Assembly (NCBI RefSeq): GCF_001194135.2 | Contig: NC_068981.1 | Location: forward strand, 37,369,235 to 37,433,234 | DNA from: Octopus bimaculoides | Lineage: Eukaryota | Direction of reading: 5' to 3' | DNA: 64,000 bases | Part shown: piece by piece, positions 1 through 12,085 of the stretch | Position numbering within the stretch: the first letter of the stretch is position 1 | How the letters are laid out: each line of letters begins with the position of its first letter | The notes under the pieces: model-generated | What the model was told of the DNA's origin: nothing | What the model saw: only the letters and a program-made list of their open reading frames with translations | Database searches by the model: none | Position numbers and translations under genes: made by a program

Positions 1-2191
1 ACTTCCTTTTGAGTCATTTATGAAATAGCAGATTAGTTTAGTCCTATTCTCTATGCATTGATACAATCAAGGAAATTTATGTATTATAGCTACAGCAATT
101 GTATCAAGAATATATTGTATGTTAAAATTGAGTAAAAAGTCAAGTTTAGCCCACAATGATTCATAATGAATCCCTTGAAGCAAGGGACTACTCTATTTTC
201 TCCTTAATTTTCTATTGTAATTCTGCAAGTTGAAATAATTTCTTGAATCGATGAACATATTCTTTTTAAGAAACGTTAGGTGTCAATTGTTTATAACGAT
301 TTCTTATAAGTCATTATTATACTATTGTTTTTCTTTCTTGCAAGTATTCCAAATAAATAGATTGTCGTCGTCATCGTCATCATCATCATCCTCTGTCATC
401 AACAACATAAGCAACATTTCTTTTACAGCTGTGCTAAAGCTCGCATCATAATAAATCACAACTACCATCTAGGTTTAACATTTTATATTTGTAATTTTTA
501 TAACAGACAAAAGTACTAATATTGCAAAACTATTTCTGATATTGTCAAAAGAAAATGCTTCCAGTTTACTTAGATTAATATTAAATAGCTTTCAACAATT
601 CGTTTTTAAGTATATATTTTAGTGTATATAGCATGATTATTTTGTTTGCTCTGCCAACGTTGGTATAAAGGAATATTCCTTAAAAATATTTGCTGCTTCT
701 TATTCACTATTAGCATACTGTGTTTTCTAATTGTTATTCTCTATCACAAGCCTAAGGCAACTGAATTTCCTTTTGAAAGTTGGATTAAATCACAGTACAT
801 TATTGTATTTCTCTGGTCTAGACATATTTTGCTTTTTATGAGGCTTTATCACTTTGTTTCATGACTGTTAAATCCAAGAAAAGCACTTTCTTTTAAAACA
901 AAAGAAAAATCAAATAAGCAACATACTAAAATTAACAGCTAAATCTGCCTCAAATAACACCTTACAGTCTTAAAAAGAAGACGTACTAAACAATGCAATC
1001 CTGAGTATATATTAATCTGGAAGAAAGATGCAATAAAAAAAGAAAAGAGAAGTTACAAGAGAAACGTGAGTAGATCAACAACATGAAATGCGTAAAAAAT
1101 TTCAGAGCCAACAACTGAGAAGAAAATAGTCAAAGGAAACTTTGGAAAAGCAAAAGTACGTTATTTTAAAACTCTGTTATGTAGATAAAATAAAAAGCAC
1201 CAACGTTCAAACATACCTCCATTAACAACAAATTGCAAAGTCAAAAACCATAACTGCCACCATTATTTTCATACTGAAGGTCCCTAATTCAAACTGTAAT
1301 GACAGCCAAAATTTCGACAACAACAACAGTGAAAATAACAATAATAATAATGATAGAATACATACTAAAGCCCAAGTACATCCCATAAAGTACAATAACA
1401 TTGATCAGTATACACCACATACCATAACACTAAAACATTCGAACATACTTTTAACAGAGAGTGCTAACAGATCTCAACATTGTTGGAACTAATAAATTAA
1501 TTTTTGCACATTAATACTGCATCTACATGAAGTAATGCTCCAAATCTTTAAATACATGCCAAAACTATGGTGGAGTCAATACTGTATATATAGAAATTAC
1601 AAATGACATTTAAATGATAATTGACCATACCAATATGCTATAAGTGCAAGTATCTAAAATAAAATCATCAACAAGAACTACATTAATGTAACAAATAAAT
1701 ACTTATCTCTCCTAGAAAATCTTTCATCACAGGTATATCCAATCAAAGTTGACCTGGGATTAACCATCAACTAAATACTTCCAACATAAAAAATAGTAAT
1801 TCAGATTACAGAACTGAAATTGTCAACCTGATAAAAAATACTTACATATAACATAACATCATTATACAAAGCAAAAATAAACTGGACATCAATCAACTAA
1901 ATACAATGAACCAAAAACTGTATACAGCATAAGCCACAAAACAAGCTATAAAACAGTATAAAGAGTAATTAGCATCATCAACAACTTTATCAACTCCTTT
2001 TAACTTACGTTGCTCAACACAACCCCACCTTAATTCCCATTACTAATGTTTACGATGTAATGCAAATAATGGAGTCCAAAACGCAGAATGTATACTTATG
2101 GCTGAAAGAAATAATTACACTCATTAATGTTATCAACCACTCATACCAACATTGCCAAATTCTTACAAACTATATTTATCTATCTATCTGT

Positions 2192-2236
<45 letters not shown>

Positions 2237-2283
2237 GATAGGAATGTAATCCAAGCTGTGTCCTCATGAAGCACGACTGGATA

Positions 2284-2366
2284 TTCCAGTACTCTAAAGT
2301 ATTTTTGTAAATGTTATATACTATTATATATTATATGAAATTTTAAAATGCTGGAGAATACTGGAA
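2284..2366. repeat. Short imperfect inverted repeat (MITE-like palindrome)
   Basis: Left arm ttccagtactctaaagtatttt versus reverse complement of right arm ttccagtattctccagcatttt, around an AT-rich spacer. Confidence 0.6.
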
Positions 2367-2419
2367 AGTACTTATTGCAGGGTAATTACATATTAAAGTC
2401 GAAAACTGGCAAACGTTTT

Positions 2420-2660
2420 TGGTGTTATTACCGTGTGCGCATAAGCGAAAGCAGGGTATTGTAATCACTTGTCTTTGTCAGTGTGTTTGCAAAATTACTG
2501 GGAAACGGCTGAACGGATTTTAACCAAATTTGACTGAAATACTCATTGGATAAGTGATTTAAGATGATGAAAATTCGGTTTGATTATCTTCAAAACTAGC
2601 GGACAGGTAAATCAAAATGTTTTCACTGTGCAGATTTTTTGCAAAAGAATTAATATGCAC
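2420..2660 (+). mobile_element. Helentron/HINE(DINE-1)-like non-autonomous element, degenerate
   Basis: Starts ttattacc-hairpin-gggtattg, then gtctttgtcagtgtgtttg and aaacggctgaacggattttaaccaaattt; same layout as the 28.9 kb copy. Class assignment is from recalled architecture. Confidence 0.45.
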
Positions 2661-3275
2661 ACAGGGTATGCATCGTTTTGACATGTCCTCAGCACAAGTA
2701 TCTATTACTAGCACATAAAAACATGTATTATATCTATTAAATATTATTTATCTCTCACCAGATGGAGTACATTTTTTTTAGCTTACCATCATGGAACAGT
2801 ACACAATATATATATAAAGCTCAATTTAATTTTAATTTTTTATAAATTGATTTTAATTGAGTTTTTACCTGTAATTTTGAATTTTGTCCCTAATATTATT
2901 ATATACATATATATAAAGAGAAACGATGAAATAACACAGAAGATTTGTTTTACAGGATTTAAGAGTATATTAGAGCCATGATAATAAAGAAATAAGGTTT
3001 TGTTCTTTCAACATAATTGAAGTAAGGAACAGTTTCACATTGCTCATCAAACTGAGTTGAAAAAATTGTATAATATCTTTATTATCATGGCTCTGTATAT
3101 ACCCACCACGTATGTTTCCCCACTAAAATATTTTCTACCTTACACACACACATGTTGGCTTGGCGATAACTATTAATTTCCAGTACCGCTGCCGTAGTCT
3201 CCTTTAGAGAGACTTAGAAATATTAATAACTCTATTTCTGAAAACCAGTGGATAGATTCCACTGAAATTAGATAA

Positions 3276-3417
3276 ATAACCTTCGAGCAGATAGTCAGCA
3301 GCGCCGCCTGGCTGGGGCTTGGCTGCTCTGCATTGACAAGGGGCAACACCCTGAAACTAGTCTGCAGATGCCAAACCAGCAGGGGGACACTGCTGACCTC
3401 CCCTGTTCGAAGGTTAT
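3276..3417. other. GC/CpG-rich 142-bp imperfect fold-back (structured RNA or palindromic MITE candidate)
   Basis: Arm ataaccttcgagcagatagtcagcagcgccgcctggctggggcttggctgctctgca aligns with the reverse complement of the other arm, ataaccttcgaacaggggaggtcagcagtgtccccctgctggtttggcatctgca. Confidence refers to the structure, not to any function. Confidence 0.8.
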
Positions 3418-3775
3418 AAAGAACACAGGTTTCGTGTGTCACATAGCTAGCTAGAGGCGATGGCTACTTGGAGCTAATTNNNNNNNNNNNNNNNNNNNNN
3501 NNNNNNNNNNNNNNNNNNNNNNNNNNNNNNNNNNNNNNNNNNNNNNNNNNNNNNNNNNNNNNNNNNNNNNNNNNNNNGTAGACACATGTGGGTACATACA
3601 TACATATGCGACTGTGTGTGAGTGTGTAGAGTGATGGTTTCAAAGGTTTCGTATATTTGTGAGTTGATTTCTTAATTTAAGCGGAGTATAAATACCTGTA
3701 ATGGTGATACTTAAAAAAATAAATAATTTAAAAAAAAATTGAACTTACAAATTTCCCAAGGAGCAAGTGGTCCTA

Positions 3776-3807
3776 TTAACCCTAACTCTAACCTTAACCC
3801 TAACCCT
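3776..3807. repeat. Short degenerate interstitial (TAACCC)n telomere-like tract
   Basis: ttaaccctaactctaaccttaaccctaaccct, about 5 degenerate units. Confidence 0.75.
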
Positions 3808-5009
3808 ACAACGAACTACAGTACGTTTGATTCACCTGCCATCACTGAAAGACGTTGAAAGCACTTCTCAAATTCTATGCAATATTTTCTATAAGTATTG
3901 CATTTTGTTCCCTTTCATTTTCATAATCATGATTATTATTTGAATAATCATTTATTTTACTCATATGCATTTTAGGTAGACATCGATAAGCCTACACTGT
4001 CTTCTATTTAGGCTTCTAATCCTTTTATTTTTTGTCAAATACCTACAAAGCTTAATTCATTTCAATTAAAAAGCATGGGTAAGCAACGTGTTGTAAACCA
4101 CACTATAATTTACAAAACATTTTACTTGTGCACTGGATATGCATCGCTCCTCTGATGCCTTTGTTCCCGTTTATTCTGCACTATATATAATTCATTGCTA
4201 ATAGGAGTTAGATAGGCATACATGTAGAAAAAACATGTAAGACATCACCTATTAGTAACTCTTCCGACAAAAATTGAAATAATTTTAAAATAATATGTCT
4301 AATCTTAATTCTCAGTCTGAAGAATTACTAAGAGGAGATATCTTACCTAACTCCTTTTAGTAACATAGCATATTTAATGCAGAATAAGTAATACCAAAAA
4401 TTTTTCGTTTTTCCATTTTAATATAGATATGTGTGTGTGTGTGTGTGTAAGTATGTATTGATATCTAATACAAAGTACAGATTTAAGTCAGTTACAAAAA
4501 GTGTTAACTTTCAATTATATAAACTGAAACCAATAGAAAACAGTTTTATACCCAACCAAATTTAAGTTAATATTTTTTCAGTACTGCATACCCAGAATAA
4601 CATTTAAACTTGTGAATATATTCTCAAATGATAGGCCTTGCTTAAAGATATTTTCTGTCTTGTTTTGTTTTGTAAAAGAAATAGATTGATAACTTAACAC
4701 CTTATGGGATACCTTAGCAAAGTGTTAAAATTAATTGGTTTTATTCATTAGTAATCAAGTCAGTCATAAGAAATCTATCGCAACAAAGAAAAATATAACA
4801 AAGTTTGCTTATGTTTCACAAAAGAAAAATATTTCTATAGTTTACAAATGTAATAATAATAATAATAATAATAATAATGATGATGANNNNNNNNNNTGAT
4901 GATGATAGTAATAATAAAAATAATAATAATAATATTAGAGTGGAATTTGGACTCAAAAAGTGTGGAATAATCTGCCTAAAAAGAGGCAAGGTACAGTCCC
5001 TACCAGGGA

Positions 5010-5890
5010 TAGAATCTGCCACCAGTACTGTATCATCAGCAAACAACAACAATTGACTCCCCTGCCATTTCTCTCCAATTTTCTCCCACCATTTGGGGTT
5101 CCCTACCAAAGGATCTAGTATTTACCTCTCTCACCACACCATCCATATATAAATTAAACAGCCACAGAGACATCACGCAACCCCGTCTTAAATCCACCTT
5201 CACATCAAACCACTCACTTCACCACCCACCATAATGTTCACCTTACTTTCTCTATAAAAACTCTGTGAAGAGCTCTCAACAATCTACCATCTACTCCACA
5301 CAGCTGCAACACCTGCCACATTGCATCCCTATTCACATGGTCATATGCCTTCTTTGGGTCCATAAAGGCTCATTACACCTCCCTCCCTTTTGTCAAAAAC
5401 TTCTCTGATCAGGAACTCCATATTTTCCTACTACATTTTCTACTTCCTCATTTCCTACTCATGCATTCAAATCACCCAACACTACCATATAACGACTTTT
5501 CCCCCACCCTATCCACACACTCTGTCAGTTCCCTCCAGAACTCCTTTACTTCTCCCTCACACCTTTCACTCTCTGGACCATATGCACTAAAAAACACCGA
5601 CATCTCTCCTCTTCACTTCATCGTAACCCACATTAACTTGAAGACACTTCCCTCCACTTCACTACACCCTCCTTCACATGCTCACTCACCAGCAATGCCA
5701 TTCCCTCACAAGCCCTCCCCCTCCTATTTCCGTCACTTGTCCAGTCACATCCCCAAACTGGCACTCTCTCTTACCCTTCATCTTAGTCTCGCTCAGTGCC
5801 AGCACATCCATCCTTTCCTCATCATCACATTCCCTGTCTCTCTCCTCTTTACCTTGCTTGTACTACATCCACGCACTTTCCATGACCCTG
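5010..5890 (-). pseudogene. RTE-type non-LTR retrotransposon reverse transcriptase fragment
   Basis: Minus-strand translations give FMDPKKAYD (FxDLxKAYD), WFDVKVDLRRGCVMSLWLFNLYMDGVVREV (GxRQGCxxSP) and LLLFADDTVLVADS (catalytic xADD), broken by frameshifts. Confidence 0.88.
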
Positions 5891-6099
5891 TTACTTGGGT
5901 GAAATTTGGTGTTAACCTTCTCCCACCCACTTCTCTTTTTCTTGCTGTCTTTTTAGGAATATGAAATTATTAGGAGGAGTGGATTCCCAGGTCTTTCACT
6001 CCTGCCCCTTTTAGTTGCCTCTTATGCCATGCAGGCAACACGGTGATTGCATACTACCAATCCCCACCACCAGTTGCAGTTCAATAATAATAATTATTA

Positions 6100-6316
6100 T
6101 TATCGTTTCTACTACAGGTACAAGGCCTGACATTTGTGGGGAGTGGGTAAGGTGATCACATCGACCCCAATGTTTCACTGGTGCTTAATTAATCAACCCT
6201 GAAAGGATAAAAGTCAAAGTAGACCTTGGTAGAATTTGAACTCAGAATATAGAAACGGATGAAATACCGCTAAGCAGTTTATCCAGCATGCTAACGATTC
6301 TGCTAGCTCACTGCCT
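6100..6316 (-). mobile_element. tRNA-like-headed SINE, family M (core gtcgactttgcctttcatcctttcggggtcgataaa)
   Basis: Reverse complement matches the 25314 copy from the ggcagtgagctagcagaatcgttagc head to the ggccttgtacc tail. Confidence 0.85.
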
Positions 6317-7851
6317 TAATAATAATGATAATGATAATAATAATGATGATGATAATAAAGATAATAACGTTCCATTTATAATTAAATTAGTTTTTCCTTT
6401 TTTCTTCTTCAATTCCTCATTAACAGAGGAATAATCCAGAAAAATATATTTTGCTTGCTTCTGATTGAGCAAACTTATGAAGAAAAGATACTCCAACTGT
6501 AGTCATCTCACCTGAAACATATGCTATGGCAGGCTACACTGGTCAATATATCTTCCACATTTAATAAAGGATGGTTGAGTGTTGTTTAAGAGATATTTGT
6601 CTGCTATGTTAAGCAAGTCAAGTAATCATGTAAAGTTAATGCTAAAATGTAAGTATACAGGAATAGTAAGAACATCTTTGCCAATTTATATATTACATCG
6701 TATACATTGTTCTAAAAACATTCAGTTGAAGAAAGTTGAGAGTGTAGTCACACCAAAGCTCTTAAATTTTATTTATATATTGCTACCAAATCTTTTTGAA
6801 CAGACTCTGTTTTCTGAGAGAGATTTTTGTTATATATTTTTTGTCTAAAGAAAAACAATAACATCACAAAACGATTCTGACTTCTAAATTTTAGAACAGA
6901 ATGTTGGATCAATATGAACTGACATGCTGGATATTTTATGTTTGGTGTGCTGGACCTAAGGATAATTTGTTAACCATTCATTCATTCTACTACCTTTGTG
7001 GCATATGTTTTTGTTAAGCACAGTTGAGCAAGGAAAACCAGCAATAAATAAAAAAAAATCATCAACATCAGCTTAGTGTTAGACATGAATCATACTGTTT
7101 AGGATAGACTCTCATCAGTTTGATGAGAATTTCCCTTATATTAACAATGCAGATGAGAAAGATAGGGATATCATGACTTCCTACTTACTGAAAGTTCCTA
7201 GTTTTAAGGGGATCATGCCTATTTAATAAATCTTCATGAAGTAAAAAAGATTATAAATAAACAAATAAAATCTGAAATTTATTGAATATATCTCCATTAA
7301 TGCTCATGCTTAATATTAACGTTTATGAGTAAACAGGGAAAAATAATTTATGAATACATAATTCTATCCAACAATGGAATTTTCCAGAAAATATATTTTG
7401 ATAATAATTAAAATTTTTTTTCTCAAATTGAAATATTAATTTTATTCATTTTTCAAGGATAGCCCTGCACAATGATATAATATATTCTCTTGTACCTTGC
7501 ACCTAACTCAATAATTGTTGTTGTACTCGTTTAAAAGTATACAAAAATCTAATAGCAAAATACTCGTATATGTAGATAGGCTGATAACAAGGTACATATT
7601 AGATTATGTGATCAGATAGGCTGACAGAATACTTATTAAAAAGAGATGTATGAAAATAACTAATATATATNNNNNNNNNNTAACCAATATATGCATATGA
7701 TAAGTATAAGTGGTAATGATATGCATATTACATGCATATATATGTATACAAACATAAACATACACCCATGTGTATATGTATGTGTGTGTGTGTCTGTGTT
7801 TATATATATGCATGAATGTATGTGTGTATATGTGTGTACGTACACATGTAC

Positions 7852-7890
<39 letters not shown>

Positions 7891-7900
7891 NNNNNNNNNN

Positions 7901-7931
<31 letters not shown>

Positions 7932-8810
7932 TACACACACATATATATAATATAGTATATTATTACAGGCACTTATTCATTTATACATTTATATATGCTC
8001 AAGCATATGCATTATATTCAATTCCATTTACTTTCATTACATTGTACAATTACAATGAAGGTGAATTACATCACAAATTTCAATGAATAAAACATTAACA
8101 TCAATTATACTCTATGATATTGGAAAATAAATGCATACACATCTTATCAAAATAAAGGAACACCTGCAAAATTCTTGGCTTTAAAAATATCCAGTACATT
8201 AGAGCTTCTTCTTATAATTTAATTATTATGGTCATGGAATTTTAGTCACCAGGGCTTCTTATAATTCAATTATGTTAGTCATGGAATTATTTTTAATCTG
8301 TGAAAGAGTGTTTTATTTTATACCTATAGTTTATTATTTATTTTGTTCTTTGACCTCAATTTTGTTGTCACTTAAATTTGATTTAAAATTCATATACTTC
8401 CTTTTTATTCAGTGTTGTTAAGAGGATTTATCAATTTTTATTTAATATAATTAGATATGTAAGAAAAGGTGTCTATCTAGGTTTAGCTTAATATATCCCA
8501 TTATAGAAGGTAAACAAATGTTAACCTCCTTTGGTGAGATATGTTAAAGAAATGGTTTTCCTGATGAAGGCCAGTGTTTCTGGACTTTCAAAATGAAGCT
8601 AAAAGAAAGAATAATAAACGTTATAACAGCCACTATACATAGAATTGTTTAATGAAATATTTAAAGAATAGTCATAAATAGTGCAAGGAAATTTTAAAAG
8701 CCAATAATAAATAACTGTTTAGTAAGGAAAAACCAAATGGCCTATCTTAATTATTCCGGAAAGTATAGCAGACAATAAATTTAGATACATTCTGGTATTA
8801 TTAAACTTCC

Positions 8811-9000
8811 TCAGTAAAGGTGCAGCCAATTTTCTCTCCACTTGTAACATTCTGCTAAGTCATGCTTGTGAAAGATACTTGTGGTATTGCGGTGTTGCGG
8901 TGTATACTTCGCTGCACTTGCCATGAACACAAAGAAGAGTAACCAAGTTAAAGTTTGTATATAAGTTATGCAATGATCATTCAAAAAGAAGGAACATTTT
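8811..9000 (-). CDS. Candidate terminal coding exon of an unidentified spliced gene
   Basis: Strong acceptor ctttctcttaccttttgaattcag, then open frame KCSFFLNDHCITYIQTLTWLLFFVFMASAAKYTPQHRNTTSIFHKHDLAECYKWRENWLHLY*. Phase-compatible with the 9065-9135 exon. No homologue recognised. Confidence 0.35.
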
Positions 9001-9064
9001 CTGAATTCAAAAGGTAAGAGAAAGTTGAAAAAGATTTAGCCCTTACAGATGGAAAGCAACTTAC

Positions 9065-9135
9065 CTGTTATTCTTAATGTATTTGACAAAGACCACTAGT
9101 ATAAATATATTTAATTCCACTATTAAAAATGTTTG
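9065..9135 (-). CDS. Candidate 71-nt coding exon (hydrophobic)
   Basis: Acceptor ttctaccttctttag, open frame QTFLIVELNIFILVVFVKYIKNN(R), consensus donor CAG|GTAAGT, followed by a 64-nt intron (9064-9001). Confidence 0.38.
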
Positions 9136-9803
9136 CTAAAGAAGGTAGAATTTATCATAGAAATTTTGTTTGATAGGAATATCAATCAAAAATAATGTGT
9201 AGTTGACAAATGCAGTTTTTACACTATAGACAAAAAAAGAAACTTAATTTCTAAACTAATTTCTCTGAGGAATCAAGATATCTTCCTTTCTGACACCATC
9301 TTTGATTCCAAGAGAAAACCAAATGAATATTTTAAGAAATATTGAATTTTGAGAGAGGAATATACAATTAGTTAAATCAAAGCAAACATTATTGACCCTG
9401 ATAGGACAAAAGCAAAGTTGACCTTGAAAGAATTTGAACTAAGAATTTAAAGAGTCAATGACTAAATACTGCAAGTTATTGTATCTACTGCTTTACATAT
9501 TCTGTCAATCCACAGTCCTGATTTCATGAAGTATTGTTAATAATGACATCATTTGAAGGTATTTGTAAAATGGTGTCATCTGACAGAATGTTAATTATAT
9601 TGTTGTGTACAATGAAAGTGCCACTGTACAAAACTGATTTCTAACATGGGCACAAAACTGCTACATGATTTTGAGAAAAGGTTTACTTGATTTTCTAAAA
9701 CCCAATAATACTTCGATGTGTGCTTCTTTTATCAACTCTAGAAGGATTACACTGAAACAATTTTGTTAAGCTACCTTATACGCTTTGTACACAACAACAA
9801 TAC

Positions 9804-10041
9804 TTTCCAAACAGGCCATGTAGTAACATGAAGCTCACTCTCACTCTTCCAAATTAAGCGATAGGTACCGCTAAAATTGAGAAATGGAGATTTGTTATGA
9901 CTTGGAGAGTCTCCAAAGCTGAAACGTGGAAAAAATTTATGCCAAATATTTCTGAAACTAAAGCTATATTCAATCTCTATTTGCAGCAGTTCAGGAAGAA
10001 TGGTAAAAATTAGAACCCATGTTATTCTTAAAATGTCCTTG
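9804..10041 (-). CDS. Candidate coding exon within a 102-codon stop-free frame (10079-9771)
   Basis: Frame KDILRITWVLIFTILPELLQIEIEYSFSFRNIWHKFFPRFSFGDSPSHNKSPFLNFSGTYRLIWKSESELHVTTWPVWK; possible acceptor gtgtcag and donor AAA|GTATTG. Absent from the ORF track because it has no early start codon. Confidence 0.3.
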
Positions 10042-11189
10042 CTGACACTATAATTAAGATGATTTAAATAACTATAACATTATCCTGCCAGAAACATTGA
10101 TTATCAAAGTTTGGTTATGAATAAACAATAATATTTTATTTAAATTTGGATATAAAAAAATTTACTTCAGCAAATGTGGACACATTTTTAAAATCAAAAC
10201 TTTTGTGGCTGTTGCATTGGAAATATTACAGAAATTTGTATATACAAGTGCAAATAGATTTGAAAATGATTATATTGGACCTTCATAGTAAAGAACACTG
10301 TTGCTGGAATGTGAGTTTTGACCATAAATACCTGACTAATCAGGTACTTATTTTTGTTTATGACTAGAATATGTTGACTTTTAACCTTTGTAGATCTTTA
10401 TTGTTTCATTGATAAGATGGAGAAATGCTGGCATGTGTTGCTACCTCTTAATAGTAGGAAAAGCCAATATGACCAGTATAGTTGTTACTACTAGAATTTG
10501 ATTTTGACCATTATACTTATGTCATCTGTCAAGTATTTATCTTTGTGATTATATTGTATGTAGTTATTTTATTATTTTGTTGAATTATGGATATTTCTTC
10601 CATTATTAATCATCTAATTATATGGGGAAATGATTCTGTTTGGTAGAATATAAACGTGTTTTCTACTAATGTTCCCCTGACTTGTATTCAGTTGTGTTAC
10701 TCCTTGTTGAATGTGCATAATAAGCTAACAAGAGAGTGCATAGCCAATGTAACAGTTAGCATCATTAAACTAATAACTTTAACATTTGTGATTGATTCTA
10801 TAAATTATGTTGACAATTAGTAGCTTGTTCATGATTTTACATGCTTGGAGTTTGTTGTTGATAAGGTTTTTAATTCTAGTTTTTAAGTAATATATTATTT
10901 GTATTAATTTTTATTTAATATAATGCATTTTCTGTTCTGTTTAATGAAGATTTTTTTTGTAATGTATTAACTCATTATATAGTTGGTATGCATTCAATTA
11001 ATATATTAGGTGCAGGCATAACTGTGGCAAGAAGTTTACATCCTGGTCACATGGTTTCACGTTCACTCCTACTGCATAGCACATTAGACAAGTGTCTTCT
11101 ATGTAGCTCTGGATCAACCAATGACTTGTTTGTGGGTGAATTTAGCAGAAAGAAACTCATCATGTATACATATTTTACTTGTTTCAGTC

Positions 11190-11575
11190 ATTAGACTGTT
11201 GCCATACTAGGGCAACACCTTGAGGAATTTTAATCGAACTAATTGTCCCCAGTATTAATTTTCCCTTTAAGCTTGGAACTTAATTCTATCGGTCTATTTT
11301 GCTAAATCTCTAAATTACAGGGATGTAAACACACCAACACCGATTGTCAGTTGGTGGGGGAGACAAACACAAGCATAAAGACAGACACACACACACACAT
11401 GTACACACACACATATGCAAAAGGTTTCTTTCAGTTTCCATCTACCAAATCCATTCACAAGCCTTTAGTTAGCCTAAGGGTACAGTAAAAGACATTTGCC
11501 CGGGTGCCACTCAGTGGGACTGAACCTGGGACCATATGGTTGGAAAGTAAACTTCCTACAGAACAGCCATGTGTA
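11190..11575 (-). mobile_element. Composite CORE-type SINE (head + CA microsatellite + M-like tail)
   Basis: Reverse complement of the 27805-28395 layout; contains tttcagtttccatctaccaaatccattcacaagc and gtgccactcagtgggactgaacctgggaccatatggttgg. Confidence 0.8.
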
Positions 11576-11639
11576 TAAGTACATGAACATGTGTGTATAA
11601 ACACGTGTGTAACTGTCTCCTTGCTTTGACAAGTGTCAC

Positions 11640-11830
11640 TGCCATGTATGCTGTGTGCTTTGCTTCCAGTCTTCGGTGAAAACATCTGACCATATGGAAA
11701 TACTACATTCTTCGGATTCAGGTGAGGATTGAAAACAAGAAGGGTGTTGGGCCATAGAAAATCTGTCACAACAAAATTCACCCAAACCATGCAAGAATGA
11801 AAATAAATGATAATGATGTTATTGATTATG
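11640..11830 (+). mobile_element. (GAT)n-tailed RTE-related retroposon, subfamily B
   Basis: caggtgaggattgaaaacaagaagggtgttgggccatagaaaatctgtc ... ccatgcaagaatgaaa plus a gat tail; homologous to the copies at 44510 and 51170. Confidence 0.7.
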
Positions 11831-11983
11831 ATGATTATTTCACATTGAGTATGGCTTCTGTATTTTAATATATGTAGTAATTATGTATTGAAAGAGATGT
11901 ATTTCTTGCTGTATTAATTTATTGCTTGATATATTAATTTGTTAGAACAGAACTTATTAAATTCTATTTGTTTTATTCTGTAG

Positions 11984-12085
11984 ATTTTTTTATCTAGTAC
12001 TTTGTGGAGAAGAATCTAGAAATATTACTACTGACATTTTTTATCAGTGTCGACATTTGCTATCTCCAATCCTGTCTTTATTTAT
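11984..12085 (+). CDS. Candidate 102-nt symmetric exon
   Basis: Acceptor tttgttttattctgtag, open frame FFYLVLCGEESRNITTDIFYQCRHLLSPILSLF, donor AT|GTAAGC. No homologue recognised. Confidence 0.3.

Noticed and set aside
646-864. 72-aa hydrophobic ORF with TTG start
   Set aside because: T-rich composition alone yields F/L/I-rich frames; there is no ATG, homology or splice support.
900-2050. A-rich stretch resembling a very old Penelope/LINE ORF
   Set aside because: Only the composition and a vague YVILKL-like word support it; no diagnostic motif could be read.
3173-3442. 89-aa minus-strand ORF over the CpG island
   Set aside because: Explained by high GC and palindromic structure; no splice signals or recognisable domain.
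7094-7225. Plus-strand 40-codon frame IDSHQFDENFPYINNADEKDRDIMTSYLLKV after tactgtttag
   Set aside because: It looks protein-like, but it is short, has no good donor and no recognisable homology, and frames of this length are expected by chance in 64 kb.
7604-8086. Overlapping ORFs rich in YI/HT/CV/RE dipeptides (also at 14.3-15.0, 23.7-24.6, 26.8-27.3, 32.2-32.8, 44.7, 52.7-54.3 and 59.6 kb)
   Set aside because: These are translations of (TA)n, (CA)n, (TG)n and (GA)n microsatellites and N-gaps, which lack stop codons.
8555-8615. cctgatgaaggcc...gaaa as a hammerhead ribozyme
   Set aside because: No stem II closing onto GAAA and no stem I or III partners.
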